A DNA stretch of 64,000 nucleotides from an uncultured Acidobacteriota bacterium (GTDB lineage: Bacteria; Acidobacteriota; UBA6911). This document shows, piece by piece, positions 31,268 to 41,653 of the stretch; the first letter of the stretch is position 1; each line of letters starts with the position of its first letter. The translations under genes were made by a program, and so were the position numbers. The notes under the pieces are model-generated. The model did not search any database and was not told the DNA's origin. It saw nothing but the letters and a program-made list of their open reading frames with translations. Location of the stretch: assembly GCA_963843575.1 (NCBI GenBank), contig CAWJKZ010000025.1:96001-160000 (forward strand), in the 5' to 3' direction.

Positions 31268-32701
31268 TCAGTTGATGCGGGAGCGTTGAGCTTCGAAGAA
31301 CGGCATGAAGTTGCGCGTAAAGGCACCCCAGTACCGGCGGAACATGCGCGGGCTCTTCATTTTCAGGAGGATTTTGACGAATCGTAAGCGCGTGAGGAAA
31401 AACAGGAAATAGGCTTTGCGCTGCATGCGGCGGAGTTTGCGCTGATCCCACTCCTCGGACTTGACCTTGACGACCCCTTCCCACTCGTCGTGCAGGTCGT
31501 TCCCCTCGTAGGCCCCGGTGGCGCGCACGAGGTCGTTCAACTCCGTCCCGGCATAGGGGGTCGCGATGGAAAACAGCGCCTCGTCGAAGTGGGAATTGCA
31601 CGCGAAGCGGATCGTCTGATCGATTTCCCTGATGGTCTCGCCGGGGAAGCCCAGCATGAAGAAGCCGAGCGTCTCGATCCGATACTTGCGCGCCCAGCCG
31701 AGCACCTCGTTGAACCGGTCCAGCTTGAGATTCTTCTTGATCAGCTTCTGGATGCGGTCGTTGGCCGACTCTACGGCGATCGCCATGTGATGAGTCCCGG
31801 CCTGGGCCAGTTTGCGCATCAACTCCTCGTCGAAACGCTCGAGCCGAACCCCGTTGCCGAACTGGAACCCGATCTTTATGCCGCTCGCGATCACGAGATC
31901 GCAGATTTCCTTGGCACGGGCCAAGTCCATGTTGAAGATGTCGTCCTCGATCATGAACTCGCGGATGCCGTAGGTGTCGTACAGGAACTTGATCTCCTGC
32001 CAGACCAGCTGCGGTTTGCGCCCGCGGAATCTCTTGCCGAACAGATCGTGGCAATAGATGCAGCGGTAGGGGCAACCGCGGCTGGTGAATATCTGGATCG
32101 CCCTCCGATCGACCGTGGGGAAGCGCACGAAGTCTATGTCGAAGTATCTTTCGATCTCGAGCAGGTGGTAGGCCGGCATAGGAACGGAATCGACGTCCAC
32201 GTAGTCGTTGCGGGGCAGGTTGCGGATCACCTGGCCGTCGCGGCGGAACCACAGGCCGGCCACGCCGTCCAGGCCGGCGGCACTGCCCATCCGGTCCAGG
32301 AAATCGGTCCAGATGTCCTCGCCCTCGCCGATGCAGATGGAATCGATGCATTCGACCTTCATGACCTGCTCGGGCATGATCGTCGGGTGCTGCCCGCCGA
32401 AGATGATGTGGGTTTCCGGCGACACACGGCGGATCAGGTTGGCCGTTTCTACCCCGCCAAGGAACTCGACCGACATGCAGCTCAATCCGGCAATGTCAAA
32501 GCGCTCCGCCTGGAGAATGAGGCTCAGTGCGGCCGCGCCGTCCTTTTCCAGCCCGATGTCGACAATACGGGTGCGGTGCCCCCTGCCCTCCGCCACGGCG
32601 GCGAGCAGGGTGATGCCAATCGGGATACCGGCGACCACGTCGGCGTACGTGGACCTCGGTCGTATCAGAAGGATGTTTAGTTTTTTGCTCAAGTTACCCA
32701 C
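31268..32701 (-). CDS. B12-binding domain radical SAM protein (class B methyltransferase-like)
   Basis: 'GGQHPT', 'IGEGE', 'SRGCPYRCIYC', 'FMLGFPGET'. Start probably GTG 32701 or TTG 32692, downstream of TGCTATAAT (32720-32712). Confidence 0.9.
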   Translation of the reverse strand: MGNLSKKLNILLIRPRSTYADVVAGIPIGITLLAAVAEGRGHRTRIVDIGLEKDGAAALSLILQAERFDIAGLSCMSVEFLGGVETANLIRRVSPETHIIFGGQHPTIMPEQVMKVECIDSICIGEGEDIWTDFLDRMGSAAGLDGVAGLWFRRDGQVIRNLPRNDYVDVDSVPMPAYHLLEIERYFDIDFVRFPTVDRRAIQIFTSRGCPYRCIYCHDLFGKRFRGRKPQLVWQEIKFLYDTYGIREFMIEDDIFNMDLARAKEICDLVIASGIKIGFQFGNGVRLERFDEELMRKLAQAGTHHMAIAVESANDRIQKLIKKNLKLDRFNEVLGWARKYRIETLGFFMLGFPGETIREIDQTIRFACNSHFDEALFSIATPYAGTELNDLVRATGAYEGNDLHDEWEGVVKVKSEEWDQRKLRRMQRKAYFLFFLTRLRFVKILLKMKSPRMFRRYWGAFTRNFMPFFEAQRSRIN

Positions 32702-32787
32702 CCTGGTGCGCATTATAGCATGCCGGCCGACAAAACCCGGGATCCGGCTCGCCAGACAATCCCTGAGGCATCGGGCTGAGTCCTCTC

Positions 32788-34161
32788 TCAGGGTCGGCGG
32801 GGCTTGCGGTTCCACCAGTAGAAGAACGGGATGCCGGTCGCAACGACGGCGAGCCCTGAGAGCGACTCCTTCGGTTGATCTCGGAACGACACCAGCAGTA
32901 TCCAGCCGCTGACGGCGAGAAACAGCAACGCGGTCCACGGATATCCCCAGCCGGTGTAGGGACGGTCCTGGCCGCGATCCCCTCGGCGCATCACGAAAAC
33001 AGCGGCGACCGCAAGGGCGGAGAACAGGATCATGACCACGCCGGAGAAGGTCAGCAATTGTTCGAACCGGCCGGTGAACAGCAGGACGACCGACCAGACG
33101 CACTGCAGCACGATCGCGTTGGACGGGGTGCCGAAGCGCGGGTGGACCTTCGCAATGGCCTTCGGGAACAGACCGTCCTGCGCCATGGCATAGTAGACGC
33201 GCGGCCCGGCAATCACCATGGCGCTGATCGACCCGAGGATGGTCCCCATGAAGATAATGTTCAGAAACGGGGCGACGTTCAGCCCGAAGAGATTCCGGCT
33301 CGCCAGTTCCGCAATCCGGATGACGCTCGCCATTTCCTGCAACGGAACGGCGTAGATATAGAGCGCGTTCATCGCGACATACAGGACGATCACCACGAGC
33401 GTGCCGTAGATCAAGGCGCGGGGTATGTTGCGGCGTGGGTCCCGGATTTCACCCCCGATATAGGCGGCCGCATTCCAGCCGCTGTAGGAGAACATGACGA
33501 AGATCAGGCCGGACGCCACCGCGGGCATCAACTGCGGCCACCGGGCCATGTCCAGCGCGGGCGCGAAATGGGCCGGATCGCCGCGCCCGAGCAGGAAGCC
33601 GGCGAGGATGAAGACGAGGATCACCCCAACCTTGAACGAGGTTAACCCGACGTGCACCCGTCCCCCGACCCGCACGTTACGGTAGTGCAGCGACGAGAGG
33701 AGGATTATGACGGACGCAGCAACGAGGTGCCCGGGGAGGAACACGCCATGGGGGGCGTCAGGTTCCTGCGTGGACAACACCGGGAAATAAAAGCTGAGGT
33801 ACTCCGTAAATCCCACCGAGGCGGCCGCGATGGGGGCCGAGAAACCCGCAAACAGCGAACCCCACCCGCTCAGGAAAGCCGGAAGTTGCCCGTATGCCTG
33901 CCGCAGGAAGGCATATTCCCCGCCTGCCCGCGGGATGCGCGCGCCGAGTTCCGCGTAACAGAACGCCCCGGCCATGGCGAGTACGCCGCCGACGACCCAG
34001 ATTCCAAGGAGCACCCGCGGATCCGGCAGCCCACGTGCCAGAAGTCCGGAGGTGGTGAATATCCCGACCCCGATCACGTTGGAGATAACCAGCGAGGTGG
34101 CGAGGGCGGGACCCATCAGCCTGGGCAGGACTGTCTGTCGTCCGGTGCTTTCGTCGGTCAT
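32788..34161 (-). CDS. APC family amino acid permease
   Basis: 'VIGVGIF', 'YAELG..IPRAGGEY', 'FSYSGWN', 'GPRVYYAMAQDG'. About 12 TM segments. Confidence 0.92.
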   Translation of the reverse strand: MTDESTGRQTVLPRLMGPALATSLVISNVIGVGIFTTSGLLARGLPDPRVLLGIWVVGGVLAMAGAFCYAELGARIPRAGGEYAFLRQAYGQLPAFLSGWGSLFAGFSAPIAAASVGFTEYLSFYFPVLSTQEPDAPHGVFLPGHLVAASVIILLSSLHYRNVRVGGRVHVGLTSFKVGVILVFILAGFLLGRGDPAHFAPALDMARWPQLMPAVASGLIFVMFSYSGWNAAAYIGGEIRDPRRNIPRALIYGTLVVIVLYVAMNALYIYAVPLQEMASVIRIAELASRNLFGLNVAPFLNIIFMGTILGSISAMVIAGPRVYYAMAQDGLFPKAIAKVHPRFGTPSNAIVLQCVWSVVLLFTGRFEQLLTFSGVVMILFSALAVAAVFVMRRGDRGQDRPYTGWGYPWTALLFLAVSGWILLVSFRDQPKESLSGLAVVATGIPFFYWWNRKPRRP

Positions 34162-34433
34162 GCCGCGGGTGCCTCCAGGTCTGTCCGGCATTGGTGTGAT
34201 ACCCCGCGGGACTTGACGCAGAGACCCCGGAGGCATGGCAAAACGGATAGCATCTTAACGGAACCCGCTCCGCTTTTCCATGAATCGCATGCCTCCACAC
34301 GCCGCTCCCGATTGCGCAGATTCCAGCTGACTCGCACAATGTCCTGCGCAACTCTTCGGGTCGGCCATGTAATTCCGAGTGCCATGCCTACCCTAGGGAC
34401 CGCGACCGGTGCGGCCGGGAATCTCGTTATCTT

Positions 34434-34462
34434 TTGAACTTAAGTGAGGCCTGACCTATCAT
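34434..34462 (+). promoter_or_regulatory. Putative sigma-70 promoter
   Basis: TTGAAC (34434-34439), 17 nt spacer, TATCAT (34457-34462). Confidence 0.5.
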
Positions 34463-34544
34463 ATACAAGGGATTAGACGGAAAAAGACGAGGCAACGGGT
34501 CAATTCAGCGTTTTGCACATAAAAAGGCAGGAGGACGTACACGT

Positions 34545-35483
34545 ATGGGCGCACCGTCGATGGAAACGTATCTGACCGGCAGGGATCCTAACGCAACCCC
34601 GCCGGCAGCACCGAAGGGGACGCGGCCGGGCGGCATAGTGCCGGAATGGTTAAAGACCACGGTCCTGGCATTGCTGGCAGTTGCCGTCGCCTACCTGCTG
34701 TACGACAGCCGCCAATTTCAGCAGAGGAATCAGGCCGACCTCGCCAAAATTAATGAAGAGATAAAACAGCTCGACACCAGCCACAGGGCCGGCGAGGCCA
34801 AGATCATCTCCACCCTGAAGGGTGAGATCAGCCAGGCCCAGGAGGCCGTGGGGCAGACCAAGGCTGAGCTGAAGCGAACAGCCCAGCAGATCCAGTCGGA
34901 AGGGCAGAGGACCAAGGCTGAGCTGAGCCAGGCGCTCTCGACCAAGGCGGACACCGCTCAGGTTCAGGCCGTCCGGACGGAAACCGAGACCAAGATCGGT
35001 CAGGTCAGCTCGGAAGTCGGCGGGGTAAAGAGTGACGTGGTCACCGTCAAGACCGACCTGGCCGGCACCAAGCACGATCTGGAAGGGACACAACGCCAGC
35101 TTGTGGACGTCCGCGAATCCCTTACCGCGGCCGTCGCCAAGAACGCGTCCGAGCTGTCCGAACTGCGCCGCAAGGGCGAGCGCGATTACTTTGAGTTTGA
35201 GATCCCCAAGAAGAATCAGTACACCAAGGTCGAAGACATCCGCCTGGTCCTGACCAAGACCGACGCGAAGAAGGGGAAGTACTCCCTGCAGATCCTGGTC
35301 GACGACAGCAAGCTGGAAAAGAGAGACCGTACGATCAACGAGCCGGTGCAGTTCCTCGTGGGGCGAAACCGGGTTCGGTACGAAGTCGTGGTCAACTGGG
35401 TGCAGAAGGACCGCGCCGGCGGCTACCTCTCGATACCCAAGGACAAGGCCCTCGCCGCCGAGCACGCGACGGCGACGAAGTAG
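34545..35483 (+). CDS. Membrane-anchored coiled-coil hypothetical protein
   Basis: SD AGGAGG, single TM segment, long heptad-rich region, beta-rich C-terminal domain beginning 'GERDYFEF'. Confidence 0.8.
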   Translation: MGAPSMETYLTGRDPNATPPAAPKGTRPGGIVPEWLKTTVLALLAVAVAYLLYDSRQFQQRNQADLAKINEEIKQLDTSHRAGEAKIISTLKGEISQAQEAVGQTKAELKRTAQQIQSEGQRTKAELSQALSTKADTAQVQAVRTETETKIGQVSSEVGGVKSDVVTVKTDLAGTKHDLEGTQRQLVDVRESLTAAVAKNASELSELRRKGERDYFEFEIPKKNQYTKVEDIRLVLTKTDAKKGKYSLQILVDDSKLEKRDRTINEPVQFLVGRNRVRYEVVVNWVQKDRAGGYLSIPKDKALAAEHATATK

Positions 35484-35650
35484 GATGGTCTGTCGGGCTT
35501 CGGCCCGGACGTCTTTCGATCTGTGCCGTACCGCAACCGCAATGAACAGTCCCGGGCTGAAGCTGCAGCCACTCGAGCGCGAGGAAGACGTCAACCGCTG
35601 GATAGCCAACACTGAGTTTTGGGCTCGGGGCCCTTTCGGGAGAGTGACGG

Positions 35651-36226
35651 ATGGAGGGATTCACCCGTCGCATCGTTGTCGGGATCTCGGGTTCGAGCAG
35701 TCCCATTTACGGCATCCGCATACTCGAGGCCCTGCGGCGCACGGGGGACATTGAAACACACCTGGTCCTGACCGATGCCGCGCACCGTACCATCGAACTG
35801 GAAACGGACCTGTCTCCGGCGGACGTCGAGGCCCTCGCCCACGTCGTTCACAAGAACCGCGACCTCGCGGCCGCAATCTCAAGCGGTTCCTTCCACACCG
35901 ATGGCATGATTGTCGCCCCCTGCAGCATGCATTCGCTGGGCGAAATCGCGCACGCCATTTCCAGCCAGCTCCTGACACGCGCGGCCGATGTTCACCTGAA
36001 GGAGCGCCGTCCGCTGATCCTGATGGTGCGCGAAACGCCGCTTCACCTCGGACACCTGCGCAACATGGTGCTCGCAGCCGAAATGGGCGCCGTCATCCTG
36101 CCGCCCATCCCAGCCTTCTACCACCGGCCCGTCACCATCGACGACCTCGTCAACCACTCGGTGGGCAAGGCCCTGGACCTCCTCGCCATCCGGCACGAAC
36201 TGTTTCACCGCTGGGAGGGAGCATAG
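35651..36226 (+). CDS. ubiX: UbiX family flavin prenyltransferase
   Basis: 'IVVGISGSS', 'AAISSGSF', 'APCSM', 'RAADV.LKERR.L', 'RETPL'. Confidence 0.93.
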   Translation: MEGFTRRIVVGISGSSSPIYGIRILEALRRTGDIETHLVLTDAAHRTIELETDLSPADVEALAHVVHKNRDLAAAISSGSFHTDGMIVAPCSMHSLGEIAHAISSQLLTRAADVHLKERRPLILMVRETPLHLGHLRNMVLAAEMGAVILPPIPAFYHRPVTIDDLVNHSVGKALDLLAIRHELFHRWEGA

Positions 36227-36320
36227 GAGCAATCCGATACGATGCCCGGCCCCCGAATTTCCGGTTGACCTTGCCGTCGCAATCGTAAATCCTGAGCCGC
36301 AACCAGCGAGGGGCTTCCAG

Positions 36321-38054
36321 GTGCCGGAGAGTGTCCGATATCGCAGCGGGGCCGTTCCCGTCCTCATCATCGTCCTCCTGTATCTGGCCGCGGCGGTCCT
36401 GACCGACCCGCGCGGCGAGTTTCCCCTCAACGACGACTGGGCTTACACCCGGTCGGCCTTCAAGTTCGGCTCCGGGGCGGGAATGCAGGTCGACGAGTGG
36501 TCCGCCCCGAGCCTCGTTGGACAGGCCGTCTACGGGGGCGCGCTCGTCCGCCTTTTCGGCGCAAGTTTCACGGTCCTGCGGCTCAGCACGATCGCGCTCT
36601 CGTGCGGCGTCGCGCTGCTGCTGTGGTTTACGCTTGCAGCCCTGCAGGTGCGGCGCGCCGTCTCCTGGGCGGCCGTGCTTTCCTGGATCTTCAACCCCGT
36701 TCAGTTCTGCCTCGCGTTTACGTTCATGACGGAGGTGCCATTCCTGTTTTTCGTTGGGCTCGCCTGTTATCTCTACGCCCTCCACGTCAAGAGCGGGTCG
36801 CGGGCAGCCCTCCTGGGATGCGGGCTTTCCCTGGGCTATGGTTTCCTGATCCGCCAGGTGGCCGTGCTCTTCATGGGCCCGGTCTTGATCGTGCTGCTCG
36901 CCTCGCCAGGCCGGCCGTGGCGGCGCAGGCTGCAGTGCGGGGCGGCCTTCGCGGCAGCATGCGGCGTGTTCGTCGCCGGATATTCCCTCTGGCTTCGGGG
37001 CGCAGGCGGTTCCACTCCGGCCACTCAGAGGAAATACGAGCTGCTCCGGCAGCTCGACGTGGAACAGCTCGCCGGCAATTTCTTCGGGATCATGTTCTAC
37101 CTCTCGTTCATGCTGTTGCCGCTTGCGGCTGCGCTGCTCCCTCACATCTGGCGGTCGTTCGGCGAGTTCGGCCGGCGACTGCGCCTCGGCTGGCCGCTGG
37201 CGATGTGCCTGACCGCCGCAGCGGGCGTGGCCTGGTTTTCGCGATACTCCCTTTCCGTATATCTCCCGTCCCGGGCGTTTCATTCCAGGATGCCGTATCT
37301 GCTCAACGTGTTGTACGACACGGGCCTGGGACCCGTCACGCTGGATCCGACCTACTACGGCCCGCCAGAAACGCCGACCTATCCCGGGGTGTGGCGGGCG
37401 GTCACGCTGCTCGTGGCGGCCGCCGTCGTCCCTCTCGGCTCGGCACTTTTTCTGACCTTCGCGCGCGCGTGGCGGTTGCGGCAGGCGGAGCCGGCCAGGG
37501 CTCAGGTCGCCGCCTGCGCGACAATGGCCCTGCTGGCGGTGGCCGCGTTCGAGATCGTCTTCAGCCACACGCAGGAAGGTGGACTGTTCGACAGGCACAT
37601 CCTTACGGCGGCCCTTCCGGCCCTGATCCTCGCGGCTTTGGCGGCAGGCCGAGGGCGACCCGCGGAGCCCGTCCGGCCGGGGACACGGGCCGAGTGCGCG
37701 GCCGGCTCGGCGGCCTTCCTGGCGCTTGCCCTGCTCGCCTGGTTTTGCGTCGCGGCCACCCACGACTACCTCGCCTGGAACCGCGTCCGGTGGGACATGG
37801 GACGGGAACTGCTGGCGACAGGGGTAGACCCGCTGAATGTCTCCGGCGGCTTCGAGTTCAACGCGTGGTACAACTACGACACGTTTCGGGCGCGGGGCAA
37901 CGTGGGGAAAGTGTACTACTGGTGGTACGATAGCGAAGAGTTCGTGATCGCCATGGCCCCCCAGGAGGGGTATCGGACGGCTCGGGTGCGGTCGTATTAC
38001 TCCTGGGTACACCGCCAGCCCGTCGCGCTGTTCCTGCTGGCAAACGACGAGTGA
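36321..38054 (+). CDS. GT39/ArnT-like multi-pass membrane glycosyltransferase
   Basis: 'FPLNDDWAY' after TM1, 'TFMTEVP', 'LIRQ', many TM segments. Confidence 0.8.
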   Translation: MPESVRYRSGAVPVLIIVLLYLAAAVLTDPRGEFPLNDDWAYTRSAFKFGSGAGMQVDEWSAPSLVGQAVYGGALVRLFGASFTVLRLSTIALSCGVALLLWFTLAALQVRRAVSWAAVLSWIFNPVQFCLAFTFMTEVPFLFFVGLACYLYALHVKSGSRAALLGCGLSLGYGFLIRQVAVLFMGPVLIVLLASPGRPWRRRLQCGAAFAAACGVFVAGYSLWLRGAGGSTPATQRKYELLRQLDVEQLAGNFFGIMFYLSFMLLPLAAALLPHIWRSFGEFGRRLRLGWPLAMCLTAAAGVAWFSRYSLSVYLPSRAFHSRMPYLLNVLYDTGLGPVTLDPTYYGPPETPTYPGVWRAVTLLVAAAVVPLGSALFLTFARAWRLRQAEPARAQVAACATMALLAVAAFEIVFSHTQEGGLFDRHILTAALPALILAALAAGRGRPAEPVRPGTRAECAAGSAAFLALALLAWFCVAATHDYLAWNRVRWDMGRELLATGVDPLNVSGGFEFNAWYNYDTFRARGNVGKVYYWWYDSEEFVIAMAPQEGYRTARVRSYYSWVHRQPVALFLLANDE

Positions 38055-38148
38055 CAAATCGAGGCAAACCGGGCGCGCGCGGAAATGCCTCCCGGGTCCG
38101 CGTGCCGGGCGCCATCGCCCATTAGCCCCCGCGCCCCTGAGGTCTGCT

Positions 38149-39156
38149 ATGACGTTCAAGGTTCTGGTGACGCGCATCATACCCGAGGAGGGGTTGCAGG
38201 CCATCCGCGAGGTGGCCGACACGACGTTGTGGGAAGAGGAACTGCCGCCGCCGAGGGCCGTCCTTCTAGACGCCGTACGTGAAGCCGACGGACTCCTTTC
38301 GCTCCTCACGGACAAGGTCGACGCCGAACTGATGGACCTGAACCCGCAGCTGAAGGTGGTATCGAACTACGCGGTCGGGTTCGACAACATCGACGTTGCC
38401 GCAGCCACGGCCCGCGGCATCCCGGTAGGAAACACCCCGGGAGTCCTGACTGAGACGACCGCGGACCTCGCATTCGCGCTTCTGATGGCGGCCGGGCGGC
38501 GGGTCGTGGAAGGGGCCGAGTTCGTGCACGCCGGCCGATGGCGGACCTGGGGGCCCAAGCTCCTAACCGGGATGGACATCCACCACGCCACCCTCGGGAT
38601 CATCGGGTTCGGGCGCATAGGCCAGGCCGTGGCGCGCCGCGCCCTCGGTTTCGACATGCGCGTGATTTACCACGACCTCCGCCGGCGCGAAGACCTGGAG
38701 CAGAACATGGCCGTCCGCTACGCGGAGCTGGAGGACCTTTATCGCGAGGCGGATTTCATCTCCGTCCACACGGACTTGAACGAAAGCACCCGCCACATGT
38801 TCAACGCCACGACTTTCGCGCGGATGAAATCGTCCGCAATCCTCGTCAACACGGCCCGCGGCCCGATCGTCGACCCGGCGGCGCTTTACGAAGCGCTTGC
38901 CGACGGGAGAATCCGGGCTGCGGCACTGGACGTCACCGAACCGGAACCCATCGACAGGGACTCCCCGCTGCTCAGCCTCCCCAATTGCCTGGTCGTGCCG
39001 CACATCGCGAGCGCTTCGGTGGCCACCAGGGCCCGGATGGCCGAAATGGCCGCCGCCAACCTGATTGCCGGGCTCAGAGGGGAACGGCTTCCGACCTGCG
39101 TCAATCCGGAGGTGTACGACCGCGGTATCCGGGGGCGCGGCTTCAAGACCCCTTGA
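38149..39156 (+). CDS. D-2-hydroxyacid dehydrogenase (glyoxylate reductase / D-glycerate dehydrogenase)
   Basis: 'YAVGFDNID', 'GIIGFGRIG', 'NTARG', 'LDVTEPEP', 'PHIAS'. Confidence 0.92.
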   Translation: MTFKVLVTRIIPEEGLQAIREVADTTLWEEELPPPRAVLLDAVREADGLLSLLTDKVDAELMDLNPQLKVVSNYAVGFDNIDVAAATARGIPVGNTPGVLTETTADLAFALLMAAGRRVVEGAEFVHAGRWRTWGPKLLTGMDIHHATLGIIGFGRIGQAVARRALGFDMRVIYHDLRRREDLEQNMAVRYAELEDLYREADFISVHTDLNESTRHMFNATTFARMKSSAILVNTARGPIVDPAALYEALADGRIRAAALDVTEPEPIDRDSPLLSLPNCLVVPHIASASVATRARMAEMAAANLIAGLRGERLPTCVNPEVYDRGIRGRGFKTP

Positions 39157-39194
39157 ATCCTCCGAGGTCAGGCCGGGATGCCGCTCGACGCAGT

Positions 39195-40700
39195 TCACGC
39201 GGCGTCGGGGAAGAGCATCGAATCCACAAAGACAGACTCGAACTGCGGGTCGGCCGCGAGGGGCACATGTCTGATGCGGCCGAGGAGGGCGTCGTACTCG
39301 TGTTCGGGTTCAAACAGGGTGAGCTTCGCGCCGAGCAGGGCCGTGTTGCCCGACGGGCACACACGATCCTCGGGGAGTGCGATCAGGCCGATGCGCCGGG
39401 CGCTGGCGCGGTTGATGTAGTTCCCGAACGCCCCGGCCAGAAACATGCATTTCAGATCCCCGGGTTGTGCGCCCCAGGCCTGCAGCAGGAGTTGGATCGC
39501 GGCGGCGATCGCCCCCTTGGCCAGTTGAAGTTCGCGAATATCCGCCTGGACGAGCGAAACCGGCGGGCAGAGTTCCCACCGGTCGCCGCAGTTCAGCCGG
39601 CCGTTTGGCCGGACGACGCCAAGGTCGAGCCCAGCGGCCACGGCGTCGACCAGGCCGCTGCCGCATATCCCCCGGGGCGCGACGCCTCCCAGGACCCGGC
39701 ACTCCGGCCGGCCACCCACCAGCCTGACTTCCGCAACGGCACCGGTTGCCGCCTGCATCCCCATACGGATGCGCGCGCCCTCGAACGCCGGCCCCGCGGC
39801 GGTAGACGCGCAGAGCATGCGCTCACGGTTCCCCACGACCACCTCTCCGTTCGTCCCGAGGTCGACGAGCGCAACCGGCGCTTCGCTCTGCATTATCCGG
39901 GTGGCAAGAATCCCCGCCAGGATGTCGCTGCCGACAAAGCCGCCCAGGCAGGGCAGAAACCGCACGGGGGCCTCCCCGGGGAGATCCCAGTCGAGGTCGG
40001 AGGCCTTAAACACCCTCCCCTCCAGGTGACGCGGTTCGAACGGGTAACTCGCCAGGGGTGCGATGTCGATGCCGCAAAACAGGTGATGCATCGCCGTGTT
40101 CCCCACGATGGCGACGCCGCGCAACGTGCCATGCTGCGGCCCGGCAGCCCGGAGGAGGTTGCCGGCGAGTTCGCCGATTGCCTGACGGATAAGCCGTTGC
40201 AGCCTTTCACGACCGGCGGGCTCCGCCGCAAACTCGATACGGCTCATGATGTCGCTACCGTGGACCACCTGCGGATTGAGGCCCGCCTGCACGCCGAGAA
40301 CGTTGCCGGTGCAAAGGTCGAGAACCTGGCCGACGACCGTAGTCGTCCCCAAATCGACCGCGATCCCGATGCCGTCGCGCGGGACGAATTCGAAAGGCGT
40401 GGAGTCGGCCAGGATGGCCGCCTCCCACTGGCGGATTTCCAGCCTGACGTCTTCGTACACCCGCGAGCGGCAGGCGAGACGCCACCCCTCGGCGATTTCC
40501 CGGGGAGTCAGGATCGCCTCCTCCTCGGTGGTCGCAGGAAGGGTGCCTCTCAATACCCGCACGCGACAGTTGCGGCAGCGGCCCCGGCCACCGCAGGGGA
40601 ACTCGACTCCATAACCGAACAGGACCTCCTGCAGCCTTGCCCCAGCATCGACGTCGAGCGTCCTGCCGAGCGGCTGCAACTCGATGCGGACTCGACTCAT
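39195..40700 (-). CDS. ASKHA ATPase with N-terminal 2Fe-2S domain (RACo-type corrinoid reductive activator)
   Basis: 'CGGRGRCRNC', 'VDLGTTT', 'DLGTNGE', 'AGPAFEG', 'GICGSG', 'AGAFG'. Confidence 0.9.
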   Translation of the reverse strand: MSRVRIELQPLGRTLDVDAGARLQEVLFGYGVEFPCGGRGRCRNCRVRVLRGTLPATTEEEAILTPREIAEGWRLACRSRVYEDVRLEIRQWEAAILADSTPFEFVPRDGIGIAVDLGTTTVVGQVLDLCTGNVLGVQAGLNPQVVHGSDIMSRIEFAAEPAGRERLQRLIRQAIGELAGNLLRAAGPQHGTLRGVAIVGNTAMHHLFCGIDIAPLASYPFEPRHLEGRVFKASDLDWDLPGEAPVRFLPCLGGFVGSDILAGILATRIMQSEAPVALVDLGTNGEVVVGNRERMLCASTAAGPAFEGARIRMGMQAATGAVAEVRLVGGRPECRVLGGVAPRGICGSGLVDAVAAGLDLGVVRPNGRLNCGDRWELCPPVSLVQADIRELQLAKGAIAAAIQLLLQAWGAQPGDLKCMFLAGAFGNYINRASARRIGLIALPEDRVCPSGNTALLGAKLTLFEPEHEYDALLGRIRHVPLAADPQFESVFVDSMLFPDAA

Positions 40701-41443
40701 TCTGTCCTCGTGCTCTTGAGTACCCCTTCGTCGTAACTCGGCGCTATCGATTCCCCGGCCTTGACCACAAGAAACTCCCCGCCTCCCCAGGCACCGCTGA
40801 GCAGGCGCTGGATCATCGACATGTCCCCCGCCACCTTCTCGTAAGCCCAGCCCCTGGCTGCGGCGTTCTCCCGGGCGCGGCGTTCGAAGCTCTCGTCGGG
40901 CTCCACGCCCATTTCGATGAAGGTCATTTGACCGTAATTACGTGCGAACTGGCCAAGCTGCTCGTAGAGGAACCTGGCATTGTCCTCGCCGTATTTGGCG
41001 ACAAACTCCTCATAAGTCTTGTCCATGCCAGACTTGTGAGCGATCGACAGCTGGCGGAACTCGCCTTCGGCCTCCCCCCTTTCGATCCAGCCCGTCGTCT
41101 GGTAATAGACTCCCGGGTGGTTTTCGAAGTAATCGAGATACCTCCGGGAACTGCCGAAGAACAAGGTTATGCAGTCATGCGCACGCGGGATCACGATGGG
41201 GGTCGACCTGGCGGTCAGCCCGGCCACGCCGTTGTTGCAGAGCGCGTACCCGAGCAGAATGGCGTCGTACCGACCCGCTTCCACCCTGTCGACGGCTGCC
41301 TGAAGCCGCGCGACCATGTCCGTCGAACCGATATCGTGCAGGCCCTTGGCCAGGAATTCGAGATCGATCGTGTGCGGGGAACGGGCCGCGGCAACGCACA
41401 TCTCCCGGAAAAACACCTCGCAGCTTATCAGCTTGAAACGCAT
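40697..41443 (-). CDS. DUF1638 domain protein
   Basis: 'LISCEVF', 'KGLH', 'LGYALCNNG', 'PRAHDCI', 'TGWIE'. Confidence 0.85.
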   Translation of the reverse strand: MRFKLISCEVFFREMCVAAARSPHTIDLEFLAKGLHDIGSTDMVARLQAAVDRVEAGRYDAILLGYALCNNGVAGLTARSTPIVIPRAHDCITLFFGSSRRYLDYFENHPGVYYQTTGWIERGEAEGEFRQLSIAHKSGMDKTYEEFVAKYGEDNARFLYEQLGQFARNYGQMTFIEMGVEPDESFERRARENAAARGWAYEKVAGDMSMIQRLLSGAWGGGEFLVVKAGESIAPSYDEGVLKSTRTE

Positions 41444-41653
41444 GTTCGGAGGTGGCGCCCCTATATCAGCCCGCAAGCTGCTTCGGTTTAGATCCTGGCC
41501 TTTTCGGTGAGACCCCTGCCGGGTCCGGGACGAGCGCCGAAGGCGCGGCACAGGAGAGTCCAAGGCATAAGCCGGGCGTGAACCCTTGTTATGGGTGAGT
41601 ACAGCAATCTGTGAATTCCAGGAGCGGGCCGCCTCGTGCCGGACGCCCCGTGC

